Part shown: piece by piece, positions 1 through 9,848 of the stretch
How positions within the stretch are numbered: position 1 is the first letter of the stretch
Layout: each line of letters begins with the position of its first letter
IMG/VR virus record: IMGVR_UViG_3300023174_000033
Coordinates: 372,001 to 436,000 of that record
Direction: 5' to 3' (one strand)
DNA length: 64,000 nucleotides
Translations under genes and position numbers: made by a program
Notes under the pieces: model-generated
Database searches by the model: none
What the model saw: the letters and a program-made list of their open reading frames with translations, nothing else
Told to the model about the DNA's origin: nothing

Positions 1-2
1 CT

Positions 3-3000
3 CAAGGGGATATTGGTTTCCAAGGTGACACTGGACCACAAGGATTGCAAGGTTTATCTGGACCGCAAGGTGTTCAAGGTGTAACAGGACCACAAGGTAG
101 AACAGGGCCTCAAGGTAGAACAGGACCTCAAGGAAGACAAGGTTTAGTAACGACTATTAATCAATCTCCGGTTCAATGGAGATATGAAGGATTGATCGTT
201 GGAACAGGTCCGGCTCAAAGTAAATTTGAGTCTAATACGAATGTTATAAAAAATGTTGCTACATTTAGGTTTAATTACTTTGATGTGAATAATATTGATT
301 ATTCCGGTTGGTTTGCTGATTTGGATACTTATATTGTTAATGGACAAAGTTCTTACATTCAAGTTTATGAAAGTTCTTTAACAACACAAAATGGTTTATA
401 CAAAATTACGGGTGTTAGCACGGCTTCAACGACTCCGGTTTCTTATCAATTAACCGTTACAAATGTTGCTGGTGGTGGTACTTTCAGTGTTGGTAGAACT
501 TATAGTGTTGTTTGGTCATCATTGCCGGTTGGCCCACAAGGAGATAGTGGTCCACAAGGATTAATTGGTGAAACTGGTTATCAAGGTGAGACTGGACCTC
601 AAGGTGAAATTGGTTTACAAGGTGTGCAGGGTGTCCAAGGTGTCCAAGGTGTTTCCGGCCCTCAAGGTATTCAAGGAGCTGTTTTACCACTTTCACAAGC
701 GTTTTCAATTTGGAATTTCAATAGTGCTACATTAAGTACTTTGAGTGAATTCAGTACTAATGATGCTACTCTTCAAAATGTTACAAGTTTTGGAATTTCA
801 TATTATGATATCTACAATATTGACCACACAAATTGGTTTGCACAAATAGAAAACTTCGTTCAAAATAATCAAGTAACATATTTATACGTTATTGAAGAAG
901 GAAATAGCCCGGTTAGAGGTTTATACAGAGTAGACGAAGTTTTTGATAATGGTAGTTTGGGATATGACCTAGGTGTATATCCAATAATATTCGGAGGAAC
1001 CTTCACAAATGGTGTTACTTATTCAATTACTTGGGTTGCTAATGGATCAATGGGTACAACTGGTTCACAAGGTGATATAGGTCCTCAAGGTGATTTCGGA
1101 CCACAAGGTGAGATGGGATTACAAGGGGATATGGGTCCACAAGGTTTCCAAGGTGAAACTGGCCCTCAAGGTTTCCAAGGCGATATGGGACCTCAGGGAG
1201 ACCAAGGTGATATGGGACCTCAAGGTTTCCAAGGAATAATTGGTTTCCAAGGTCAAACTGGACCACAGGGTAGAATGGGTAATACCGGTCTACAGGGTTA
1301 TTCTGGGCCACAAGGTGATACTGGTATTCAAGGTGAAACTGGACCACAAGGTTTCCAAGGTGATTTTGGTTTACAGGGTATGCAAGGTCCTTTAGGAAAC
1401 CCAGCACTTAATATAACTTTCGGACCAACAACTTCAATTTCTGTAACACATAGTAGTTCAGTATATCCTTTGATTCAATTAATTGATACATTTGGAAATA
1501 CTTTCATACCAAACAGCATTATACACACATCTACATCTGAATTTATTTTGAATTTTGCTACTGAATCAAGTGGTACTATAATAATTGGAGGTGGAGCTGG
1601 CCCTCAGGGGGAAATGGGTGTTCAAGGTTATCAAGGGGAAATTGGACCTCAAGGAGACATCGGATTCCAAGGAATTAGCGGACCACAAGGTGAAATGGGT
1701 GTTCAAGGTTATCAAGGAGATATTGGTCCACAAGGTGATATTGGTTTCCAAGGTATTAGTGGTCCACAAGGAGATATGGGACCACAAGGTTATCAAGGTG
1801 ATATGGGTCCACAGGGTAACGAAGGGTTACAAGGTGTTTCTGGACCACAAGGTGACCAAGGTTTGGAAGGTCCACAAGGTGATATGGGTCCACAGGGTGA
1901 CCAAGGTTTTCAAGGTGAAACTGGGCCTCAAGGTTTCCAAGGTTTAGAAGGTCCACAAGGAGATATGGGACCACAGGGTGACCAAGGTTTACAGGGTGTT
2001 TCCGGACCACAAGGCGACCAAGGTTTAGAAGGGCCGCAAGGTGATATGGGGCCTCAAGGCGACCAGGGTCTACAAGGTGTGTCAGGACCACAGGGTGATC
2101 AAGGTTTAGAAGGGCCGCAAGGTGATATGGGACCACAGGGTGATATCGGATTGCAAGGTGTATCTGGGCCTCAGGGTGATCAAGGTTTAGAAGGGCCGCA
2201 AGGTGATATGGGACCACAGGGTGATATCGGATTGCAAGGTGTATCTGGGCCTCAGGGTGATCAAGGTTTAGAAGGGCCGCAAGGCGATATGGGACCTCAA
2301 GGTAATATCGGATTGCAAGGAGTATCTGGACCTCAGGGTGACCAAGGGAATACTGGTCCACAAGGTATACCTGGTGCACAAGGAGATGTAGGTCCTTTGC
2401 CAGATTGGTACTTCCAAGGTAATTGGTTTACATCATCTACAGTTCCCGCATTGGGAGATATTTACACATTCAATGGCAGCACTTGGTATAACGCTGGTGG
2501 TACTGCTACTGGAACACCTTCAATTGCACTTGGTTGGAGTTTACTATCCGAAAGAGGAAATACTGGTTTACAGGGAAGTACTGGACCACAAGGCAGAACA
2601 GGACCTCAAGGAGTTACTGGACCACAAGGTAGAACAGGGCCTCAAGGAAGACAAGGTTTGGTCACAACTATCAATCAAGCTCCGGTTCAATGGAGGTATG
2701 AAGGATTGATCGTTGGTACAGGTCCGGCTCAAAGTAAATTTGAGTCTAATACTAATACAATTAAAAATGTTGCTACATTTAGATTCAATTACTTTGATAT
2801 AAATAACATTGACTATTCTGGTTGGTTTGCTGATTTAGATACTTACATATCCAATGGTCAAAGTTCTTATGTACAGGTTTATGAAACCGCTTTAACGACA
2901 CAGAATGGTTTATATGAAATTACTAGCGTAGGCACAGTTTCTACAACTCCAGTTTCTTATGAACTAACGGTTACAAATATTGCTGGCGGTGGTACATTTA

Positions 3001-4484
3001 GCATAGGTAGAACTTATAGTGTTATGTGGACATCTTTACCAGGTGGTCCTCAAGGGATTAGTGGCCCACAAGGATTAATTGGTGAAACTGGTTTCCAAGG
3101 TGATACTGGACCTCAAGGTGAAATTGGTTTCCAAGGTTTATCTGGCCCACAAGGAGTACAAGGTGTTTCCGGTCCTCAAGGTGTACAAGGAGCAGTTCTT
3201 CCACTTTCACAGGCATTCTCTATCTGGAATTTCAATAGTGCTACATTAAGTACTGTAAATGAATTCAGTACTAATGATGCTACTCTTCAAAATGTTACAA
3301 GTTTTGGAATTTCCTACTATGATATTTACAATGTTGATCACACTGATTGGTTTGCTCAAATACAGAATTTTGTTCAAAATAAACAAATAACCTATCTATA
3401 TGTTATTGAAGAAGGAAATACTCCAACTAGAGGTCTATATAAAGTTGATCAAGTAGAAGATAATGGTGGATTGGGATATGATTTGAGCGTTTCTCCTGTA
3501 ATATTTGGAGGAACCTTTACTAACGGTATAACTTATTCAATTACTTGGGTTGCTAATGGTTCAATGGGTGAAACTGGTTCACAAGGTGTAACTGGTCCAC
3601 AAGGTGATTTTGGCCCACAAGGTCAGATGGGGTTACAAGGTGTAACTGGTCCACAAGGAACTGGTCCACAAGGTGATATGGGTCCACAAGGTGATATGGG
3701 ACCACAAGGTTTCCAAGGAGAAACTGGTCCACAAGGTTTCCAAGGTGACCAAGGACCTCAAGGTGATATGGGTCCACAAGGTGATCAGGGTCTACAAGGT
3801 GTTTCTGGTCCACAGGGTGACCAAGGTTTGGAAGGACCACAAGGTGATATGGGTCCACAAGGTGATCAGGGTCTACAAGGTGTTTCTGGTCCACAGGGTG
3901 ACCAAGGTTTGGAAGGACCACAAGGTGATATGGGCCCACAAGGCGATCAGGGTCTACAAGGTTATTCTGGTCCACAGGGTGACCAAGGTTTGGAAGGACC
4001 ACAAGGTGATATGGGCCCACAAGGCGATCAGGGTCTACAAGGTTATTCTGGGCCACAGGGAGACCAAGGGTTAGAGGGACCACAAGGTGATATGGGCCCA
4101 CAAGGCGACCAAGGTTTACAAGGTGTGTCAGGACCACAAGGCGACCAAGGTTTAGAAGGACCACAAGGTGATATGGGACCTCAAGGTAACGAAGGGCTAC
4201 AGGGTGTGTCAGGACCACAAGGTGACCAAGGTTTAGAAGGACCTCAAGGTGATATGGGACCTCAAGGTGATATCGGACTACAAGGAGTTTCCGGACCACA
4301 AGGCGACCAAGGTTTAGAAGGACCACAAGGTGATATGGGTCCACAAGGCGATCAGGGTCTACAAGGAGTTTCCGGACCACAAGGCGACCAAGGTTTAGAA
4401 GGACCTCAAGGTGATATGGGCCCACAAGGTGATATCGGATTACAAGGAGTTTCCGGACCACAAGGCGACCAAGGTTTAGAATGA
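3..4484 (+). CDS. Collagen-like (Gly-X-Y) virion fibre protein, N-terminal part; 5' end lies outside the window
   Basis: Frame is open from base 3. Long GPQG-rich tracts alternate with repeated globular modules. Ends at TGA 4482-4484 in the middle of a repeat unit. Confidence 0.85.
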   Translation, partial: QGDIGFQGDTGPQGLQGLSGPQGVQGVTGPQGRTGPQGRTGPQGRQGLVTTINQSPVQWRYEGLIVGTGPAQSKFESNTNVIKNVATFRFNYFDVNNIDYSGWFADLDTYIVNGQSSYIQVYESSLTTQNGLYKITGVSTASTTPVSYQLTVTNVAGGGTFSVGRTYSVVWSSLPVGPQGDSGPQGLIGETGYQGETGPQGEIGLQGVQGVQGVQGVSGPQGIQGAVLPLSQAFSIWNFNSATLSTLSEFSTNDATLQNVTSFGISYYDIYNIDHTNWFAQIENFVQNNQVTYLYVIEEGNSPVRGLYRVDEVFDNGSLGYDLGVYPIIFGGTFTNGVTYSITWVANGSMGTTGSQGDIGPQGDFGPQGEMGLQGDMGPQGFQGETGPQGFQGDMGPQGDQGDMGPQGFQGIIGFQGQTGPQGRMGNTGLQGYSGPQGDTGIQGETGPQGFQGDFGLQGMQGPLGNPALNITFGPTTSISVTHSSSVYPLIQLIDTFGNTFIPNSIIHTSTSEFILNFATESSGTIIIGGGAGPQGEMGVQGYQGEIGPQGDIGFQGISGPQGEMGVQGYQGDIGPQGDIGFQGISGPQGDMGPQGYQGDMGPQGNEGLQGVSGPQGDQGLEGPQGDMGPQGDQGFQGETGPQGFQGLEGPQGDMGPQGDQGLQGVSGPQGDQGLEGPQGDMGPQGDQGLQGVSGPQGDQGLEGPQGDMGPQGDIGLQGVSGPQGDQGLEGPQGDMGPQGDIGLQGVSGPQGDQGLEGPQGDMGPQGNIGLQGVSGPQGDQGNTGPQGIPGAQGDVGPLPDWYFQGNWFTSSTVPALGDIYTFNGSTWYNAGGTATGTPSIALGWSLLSERGNTGLQGSTGPQGRTGPQGVTGPQGRTGPQGRQGLVTTINQAPVQWRYEGLIVGTGPAQSKFESNTNTIKNVATFRFNYFDINNIDYSGWFADLDTYISNGQSSYVQVYETALTTQNGLYEITSVGTVSTTPVSYELTVTNIAGGGTFSIGRTYSVMWTSLPGGPQGISGPQGLIGETGFQGDTGPQGEIGFQGLSGPQGVQGVSGPQGVQGAVLPLSQAFSIWNFNSATLSTVNEFSTNDATLQNVTSFGISYYDIYNVDHTDWFAQIQNFVQNKQITYLYVIEEGNTPTRGLYKVDQVEDNGGLGYDLSVSPVIFGGTFTNGITYSITWVANGSMGETGSQGVTGPQGDFGPQGQMGLQGVTGPQGTGPQGDMGPQGDMGPQGFQGETGPQGFQGDQGPQGDMGPQGDQGLQGVSGPQGDQGLEGPQGDMGPQGDQGLQGVSGPQGDQGLEGPQGDMGPQGDQGLQGYSGPQGDQGLEGPQGDMGPQGDQGLQGYSGPQGDQGLEGPQGDMGPQGDQGLQGVSGPQGDQGLEGPQGDMGPQGNEGLQGVSGPQGDQGLEGPQGDMGPQGDIGLQGVSGPQGDQGLEGPQGDMGPQGDQGLQGVSGPQGDQGLEGPQGDMGPQGDIGLQGVSGPQGDQGLE
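1840..2340 (+). repeat. Coding tandem repeat, ~81-bp unit ([27 protein letters not shown]), ~6 copies
   Basis: Counted in the translation. Confidence 0.85.
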
Positions 4485-4500
4485 CCACAAGGCGATATGG
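3760..4500 (+). repeat. Coding tandem repeat, ~81-bp unit, ~9 copies
   Basis: Same unit as 1840-2340, counted in the translation. Confidence 0.85.
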
Positions 4501-6074
4501 GACCACAAGGCGATATTGGTTATCAAGGTGTTTCTGGCCCACAGGGATATCAAGGTGAGACTGGCCCACAGGGTGAAACCGGTCCACAAGGTGATATAGG
4601 TTTCCAAGGTGAAAGTGGTCCTCAAGGATATAGTGGTGTGCAAGGTGAAACTGGTCCACAGGGTAGAACTGGTCCACAAGGAATTGGTGGTCCAAAAGGT
4701 AATACCGGAGCTTCTGGTGTGGTTGCAACAGTAACACAAACACCAGTACAGTGGAGATATGAAGGTTTATTCGGAGGTGGCGGGCCGTTCTCGGGTCAAT
4801 TTGAAACTACACCATCTCCTAATTTCTCTAACATTACAGGATTTAGATTTAATGTAAACGACGTTAATAATATCAATTATACAACTTGGTTTAATCAACT
4901 AGAACTATTTGTTAAGAATCAAAACACATCTTATATACAATTGTATGATACAGCTTCTGTAAGTAATGTTGGATTATACCTCGTTACTGGAGCTGCTACA
5001 AGTTCTGGTTTGACTCAAGCTTTCGGTATAAGTGTATCAAGTGTGGCTATAGTTTCAAACGGATCGTTTACAATTGGTAGAACTTATAGCGTAACTTGGA
5101 TTGCATCTGGTCCACAAGGAACTCAAGGAATTCAAGGTATAACCGGCCCACAAGGTGAGACTGGCCCACAGGGTGAAACTGGTCCACAAGGTGAAATTGG
5201 CTTACAAGGTTTCTCTGGACCACAAGGTGAAATTGGCTTACAAGGTAATCTAGGACCACAGGGTGTGCAGGGTGCAGTAGTTCCTTTATCACAAGCAGCT
5301 ACTAGATGGAATTATGTAAGTGGTGGTGTATTGACTCAACAAAATAAATTTATCGCTGATTATGATGATTTATCCCTATTGAGTTGTTTTGAGATAAATT
5401 ACTACGATTCATACAATGTTGAATTTACTAATTGGTTTGTACAACTAGAGAATTTTGTAAGTAATCTACAAACCACTTATCTGTTTGTATCAAATGATGA
5501 TGATCTTACCGTTAGAGGATTTTATAGAATTACTAGTGTATCAAATTCTGGATATGGTTATACTATGAGTGTTATACCATTAGCATTTGGTGGTTCATTT
5601 GTAGATGGTGGAACTTACTCAATTAGTTGGACAGTTGAAGGAACTAAAGGTGAAACTGGTCCACAAGGTGCGTATGGTGGTCCACAGGGTCCACAGGGTC
5701 CTTATCCACTTCCTAACGTGATACAAACATTCTCTAGTGTTCTAACTTATAGTGTAACCCATAATAGCGGAGTTTATCCTTTTGTACAATTGATTGATAA
5801 TATCGGAGAGGTTTTTGTACCAGAAGCGATACTACACACTTCTACGTATTCATTTGACATAACATTCGCTACTGAATCATCTGGTTCTGTGGTTTTAGGT
5901 GGAGCAGTTGGTCCACAAGGTTCAAACGGTGGAGTTCTTGTAGGAACAGTTAGTCCAGCAAATTCTGGTTCAACTGGAACTAAAGGAGAAATTAGAGTTA
6001 ATAATGGTGGTTATATGTATATCCATACAGGTACACAATGGTTGAGATCTTCCACAACTTTCTCTACTTTCTAA
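4497..6074 (+). CDS. In-frame continuation (C-terminal part) of the collagen-like fibre protein
   Basis: Same frame as 45..4484, resuming directly after TGA with CCA CAA GGC GAT ATG. Carries third copies of the globular modules. Confidence 0.8.
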   Translation: MGPQGDIGYQGVSGPQGYQGETGPQGETGPQGDIGFQGESGPQGYSGVQGETGPQGRTGPQGIGGPKGNTGASGVVATVTQTPVQWRYEGLFGGGGPFSGQFETTPSPNFSNITGFRFNVNDVNNINYTTWFNQLELFVKNQNTSYIQLYDTASVSNVGLYLVTGAATSSGLTQAFGISVSSVAIVSNGSFTIGRTYSVTWIASGPQGTQGIQGITGPQGETGPQGETGPQGEIGLQGFSGPQGEIGLQGNLGPQGVQGAVVPLSQAATRWNYVSGGVLTQQNKFIADYDDLSLLSCFEINYYDSYNVEFTNWFVQLENFVSNLQTTYLFVSNDDDLTVRGFYRITSVSNSGYGYTMSVIPLAFGGSFVDGGTYSISWTVEGTKGETGPQGAYGGPQGPQGPYPLPNVIQTFSSVLTYSVTHNSGVYPFVQLIDNIGEVFVPEAILHTSTYSFDITFATESSGSVVLGGAVGPQGSNGGVLVGTVSPANSGSTGTKGEIRVNNGGYMYIHTGTQWLRSSTTFSTF

Positions 6075-6133
6075 TACTTTTCCGAAACATTGGTGTGTTT
6101 TTTATATAAAAGGAAATAAATGAGAAATAAATA

Positions 6134-7090
6134 ATGGAACATATTTTACAAGAAAATAAGGATAGATTCGTAATGTTTCCCTTAAAATATCACGATATTT
6201 GGGAAATGTATAAGACGGCTGAACATTCATTTTGGACAGCAGAAGAAATTGATTTAGCATCAGATTTAGTCGATTGGGATGAAAAGTTAAATAAGGACGA
6301 AAAACATTTTATAAAAATGGTTTTAGCTTTTTTTGCAGCATCCGATGGAATAGTAAATGAAAATCTTGCAGAAAACTTCCTTAAAGAAGTACAATATCCA
6401 GAAGCTAAATCTTTTTATGGATTTCAAATTGCTATGGAAAATGTACATTCTGAAACATATTCTCTTTTAATTGATACTTATATCAAAGATGAAAAGGAGA
6501 AAGGTATGTTGTTCCATGCTATTGATAACTTCCCTTCTATTAAAGAAAAAGCTGATTGGGCATTAAAATGGATTTCTTCCGAATCATTTGCTGAAAGACT
6601 CATTGCATTTGCAGCAGTTGAGGGTATCTTTTTTTCAGGATCCTTTTGTTCTATATTTTGGTTGAAGAAAAGGGGATTAATGCCTGGACTTTCATTTTCA
6701 AATGAATTAATTTCTCGCGACGAAGGATTACATTGTAAATTTGCTTGTTTAATTTATAACAAATACATAAAGAACAAACTTTCAGAAGAAAGAATCAAAG
6801 AAATCATTTGTTCAGCGGTTGATATAGAAAAAGTTTTTATTACAGAATCACTTCCAGTATCACTAATTGGGATGAATTCGGAATTAATGAAACAATATAT
6901 TGAATTTGTTGCTGATTTTTGGTTAAATGAATTAGGATGTTCAAAAGTTTACAATACACAGAATCCTTTTGATTTTATGGATATGATTTCAATTCAGGGC
7001 AAAACCAATTTCTTTGAGAAAAGGGTAGGTGAATATAAAAAGGCTTCTGATAGAACGATTGACTTTGATAATATTGACGTTGATTTTTAA
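6134..7090 (+). CDS. nrdB: Ribonucleotide reductase class Ia beta (R2) subunit
   Basis: [40 protein letters not shown] and RDEGLH di-iron/tyrosyl motifs. Confidence 0.97.
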   Translation: MEHILQENKDRFVMFPLKYHDIWEMYKTAEHSFWTAEEIDLASDLVDWDEKLNKDEKHFIKMVLAFFAASDGIVNENLAENFLKEVQYPEAKSFYGFQIAMENVHSETYSLLIDTYIKDEKEKGMLFHAIDNFPSIKEKADWALKWISSESFAERLIAFAAVEGIFFSGSFCSIFWLKKRGLMPGLSFSNELISRDEGLHCKFACLIYNKYIKNKLSEERIKEIICSAVDIEKVFITESLPVSLIGMNSELMKQYIEFVADFWLNELGCSKVYNTQNPFDFMDMISIQGKTNFFEKRVGEYKKASDRTIDFDNIDVDF

Positions 7091-7108
7091 AATAAATAAT
7101 TTTATTTT

Positions 7109-7819
7109 ATGAAAAAAATCTATGTGTTAAATCATCCAGAGGGTAAGGGATTACTCAGGCGGAAATATATGGAGGAATCTCTTTCAAGAGAAAATCTTGA
7201 ATTTGAATTTGTAGATGGATATCATCCTAACGATTTTGATTATGAAAAGTTAATCAAAAACTGGAATATTGTAAATGCTCGTTTTGTAAACAGCCACACT
7301 GGATCCAGATTTGAACCAATATACGTTGAATCAACTAACCATGTCCCATACATAACCTTTCCTACTCATATAGGCAAGGGGTCAATAAGTCTCGTACTCA
7401 AACATAAACATTGTTGGTACGATCAAATATTCAATAAGTACGAATATGTGACTATATTTGAAGATGATTGTGAAATACCAAACAATCTAGAAGACATTTT
7501 AGAGGAGTGTATATCGGAAATGAAAGAAAACCAATATGATATAGTTATGTTGGGTGGTTTACCGGGAATGGTTTCTCCAAATTTTGCAGAAGGGAAAAAA
7601 GTACATTATCATCAACATCAAAAATGTAGATGCACTCATGGATACATTTTAAATTTAGACACTGCTAAAATATTCTTGGAAACCTCTGGAATAATAAACA
7701 ATTCTATTGATATTAAATTGAATGAAATTATACAAATTTTCAATTTAAAAGTTGCTTGGTTAGAGCCAGCATTGATTCCAATATTTGAAGAAAGTTTGAC
7801 AGAAGAAACCGGTAGATAA
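7109..7819 (+). CDS. Glycosyltransferase family 25
   Basis: KIYVLN...R...FEFVDG, SLVLKH, IFEDDC, THGYIL, IDI pattern. Confidence 0.8.
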   Translation: MKKIYVLNHPEGKGLLRRKYMEESLSRENLEFEFVDGYHPNDFDYEKLIKNWNIVNARFVNSHTGSRFEPIYVESTNHVPYITFPTHIGKGSISLVLKHKHCWYDQIFNKYEYVTIFEDDCEIPNNLEDILEECISEMKENQYDIVMLGGLPGMVSPNFAEGKKVHYHQHQKCRCTHGYILNLDTAKIFLETSGIINNSIDIKLNEIIQIFNLKVAWLEPALIPIFEESLTEETGR

Positions 7820-7844
7820 ATAGTTTGTTTTGATTTATATTATT

Positions 7845-7853
7845 TAATATATA
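7845..7853 (+). promoter_or_regulatory. TAATATATA putative late promoter (representative site)
   Basis: Exact motif in the gene-facing orientation at 7845, 17838(-), 24027, 32183, 39028(-), 41903(-), 47133(-), 47610(-), 49384(-), 52280(-), 53927, 56410(-), 62659. Confidence 0.65.
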
Positions 7854-7869
7854 AATCAAAAATTCAACT

Positions 7870-8628
7870 ATGAGCGCCTATTCTTTAGAAGAATTTATTG
7901 ATTTTGTTCAAACTGATGTAACGGTCGGTGGAGCACTTCCAAAAAATTTACCAGACCATTCAATAAGACAATTTATAGAAACAAGGGCTTTACCTTGGTT
8001 CTACCAGAACTATCAATTCGGTGTCAGTAAAATGTATTATTTTGTTGACAAGGCTGCTTTTTCCACAGAAGAGTATACAAGTTATCGTTATATTGAATTA
8101 CCGTGTGAAATTCAATCAGTTACTTGGATATACCAAATAATGAATACTCAACTTTTACAATTAGGTATCAACGTACCTAATTTATCGGTTAATCTTGGTG
8201 TTACTAACCAACCATATCTTTCTTCATATGTGACTACAATTGGTGAATTGGGCATGTATAAGTCTTTGATTGATAACATGGCGGATATGTTAAATCAAAT
8301 GAATTTATATACTGTCAAGTACCATTATAATCAACTGTCTCACAGATTAAATATTCTCACTAATATTCAACATCACTTGGTATTGGAGGCTTATGTGAAT
8401 ATTCCAGCTGAAACTATGTTTACAGATAACTATTTTGTTAAGTATGTTACTGCTTGGGCTAAAATGCAACAAGGAAGATTATTGGGAGCTTTTGATTTCA
8501 GTTTACCAGGTGGTGTTAAGTATAATTCAGCGGATATGGTTAGTCAGGGTAAAGAAGAAATGAAAGAAGTTGAAGATGAAATCAAAGCTATGTCCAATAG
8601 TTCATTTTTTTACCTTGTGAAGAGGTAG
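7870..8628 (+). CDS. T4 gp13-like neck / head-completion protein
   Basis: C-terminal KMQQGRLLGAFDFSLPGGVKYNSADMVSQGKEEMKEVEDEI resembles the QLPGGVTLNG..helix end of gp13-type proteins (recognised by eye). Confidence 0.7.
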   Translation: MSAYSLEEFIDFVQTDVTVGGALPKNLPDHSIRQFIETRALPWFYQNYQFGVSKMYYFVDKAAFSTEEYTSYRYIELPCEIQSVTWIYQIMNTQLLQLGINVPNLSVNLGVTNQPYLSSYVTTIGELGMYKSLIDNMADMLNQMNLYTVKYHYNQLSHRLNILTNIQHHLVLEAYVNIPAETMFTDNYFVKYVTAWAKMQQGRLLGAFDFSLPGGVKYNSADMVSQGKEEMKEVEDEIKAMSNSSFFYLVKR

Positions 8629-8650
8629 GTTGCGATATTTTATATAAATT

Positions 8651-9205
8651 ATGCCAGCAAATTCGGAGAAACAAAGAAGATTTATTTGGGCCAAGAGGCG
8701 TGAATATGGAAAGAAAAAATCCACCCCCAAAAAATGGAAGTGGATTTGGAAACCTGAGTGGGTTGATTTGAAAGAGTCTTTTACACATATATCAACATTC
8801 CAACAGTTCAACGAAGGTTATGGAACACTAACAAAGGATGATATGGAATTAATTGATGACTTATGTGTTAGTCTAACTGATGACTGGGATTTAAAGACTG
8901 AGATTAATGGACCTGTATATAGTGGTTCAGAACCTTGTGATGGTTTTTTAAATCTACAAATGTTTGATAGGTTTCATATTCAGTTCTCTATACAACTATA
9001 TCAAAGATTTGATTGGAATGAGAATGGTGAATCATTTGAAACAGATTTAAGAAATCTTATCAATAAAATAAAAAGATTTGGATATGAAATTCAAGAATTT
9101 GTTTGGAATTCTGAATTTCATGGTACAAGAACTTGGTCTTTCCAAATCTCACATACTGATAAACGGTCTGAGGAAATATTCAAATCTAAACCCACTGAAC
9201 TGTAA
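8651..9205 (+). CDS. Hypothetical protein with basic Trp-rich N-terminus and an internal tag-like segment (THISTFQQFNE)
   Basis: ORF track; TATATAAA directly upstream. Confidence 0.7.
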   Translation: MPANSEKQRRFIWAKRREYGKKKSTPKKWKWIWKPEWVDLKESFTHISTFQQFNEGYGTLTKDDMELIDDLCVSLTDDWDLKTEINGPVYSGSEPCDGFLNLQMFDRFHIQFSIQLYQRFDWNENGESFETDLRNLINKIKRFGYEIQEFVWNSEFHGTRTWSFQISHTDKRSEEIFKSKPTEL

Positions 9206-9731
9206 CAAAAGCATCTAAATCTTTACCACCACCATAAGATATAGAACTTTGTAGACATTCTTCTAGGTATTTCAATCCATCTAAGATAGATTCATTTTTA
9301 AATTCTACCAATGTTTTTCTACCTTCAATTCTATTTGACTTACCAGATTGGAAACTTGAAGCACTACCCCAAAATTCTTTATACTTCTTACCACTAACCT
9401 CTACAATGTGCCCTGGTGAATCATTATAACCAGACATTAAACCACCAGTCATAACCATTGTAGCACCAAGTGCAAGTGATTTAGCGATATCACCTGGGTT
9501 TTTGATACCACCATCAGCAATAATAGGCACATTAGCAACAGTTGCACAATGATAAATAGTTGATGCTTGACAATTTCTTGAACCAAACCCAGTTGATGGG
9601 TATGTTGTACATGCTGAGTTGTGAACAATTATGTGTTCTATATTATATGATTCATCATCTTCAACACTCAAGTCCATAACTTCACCAATATAATTTATTT
9701 TTTCAATATTTTCAATTTCAATAAATTCCAT
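9186..9731 (-). CDS. guaC: GMP reductase C-terminal half fused to split-intein C fragment (IntC, 38 aa, 9618-9731)
   Basis: VMDLSVEDDESYNIEHIIVHN|SACTT intein F/G motif ending His-Asn with Ser+1; then PIIADGGIKNPGDIAKSLALGATMVM and GSAS GMPR/IMPDH motifs. Confidence 0.93.
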   Translation of the reverse strand: MEFIEIENIEKINYIGEVMDLSVEDDESYNIEHIIVHNSACTTYPSTGFGSRNCQASTIYHCATVANVPIIADGGIKNPGDIAKSLALGATMVMTGGLMSGYNDSPGHIVEVSGKKYKEFWGSASSFQSGKSNRIEGRKTLVEFKNESILDGLKYLEECLQSSISYGGGKDLDAFVTVQWV

Positions 9732-9843
9732 AATTTTTTAATATTTTTTTATAATTATCATTTTTAATATCAGTTTCCCAAATAGACAATAATCTGTATT
9801 TTTTTTCAACCACATATTCCAATTTTAAATTATCGAATACCAT
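9718..9843 (-). pseudogene. 41-codon C-terminal remnant of a Vsr-like/DUF559-type homing endonuclease
   Basis: Manual translation MVFDNLKLEYVVEKKYRLLSIWETDIKNDNYKKILKNYGIY matches the D..K......Y..L.IWE.D tail. Lies between the intein halves and overlaps the IntC start. Confidence 0.7.
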
Positions 9844-9848
9844 TCTTC

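Noticed and set aside
85-3660. Diversity-generating retroelement TR/VR pair
   Set aside because: Differences between the duplicated modules are mostly third-position and not adenine-specific; no reverse transcriptase in the window
4482-4484. Genome-wide TGA=Gly recoding (code 25) or other stop reassignment
   Set aside because: TGA is used as a real stop in many ATGA overlaps (e.g. 24714, 37075 and the 58-62 kb array), and coding density is already high under the standard code
144-5292. Alternative-frame and antisense ORFs over the collagen genes (e.g. 1756..2379, 3553..4743, 50486..50953, 51308..51775)
   Set aside because: Shadow frames produced by stop-poor GGN-CCN-CAA repeats; low-complexity products
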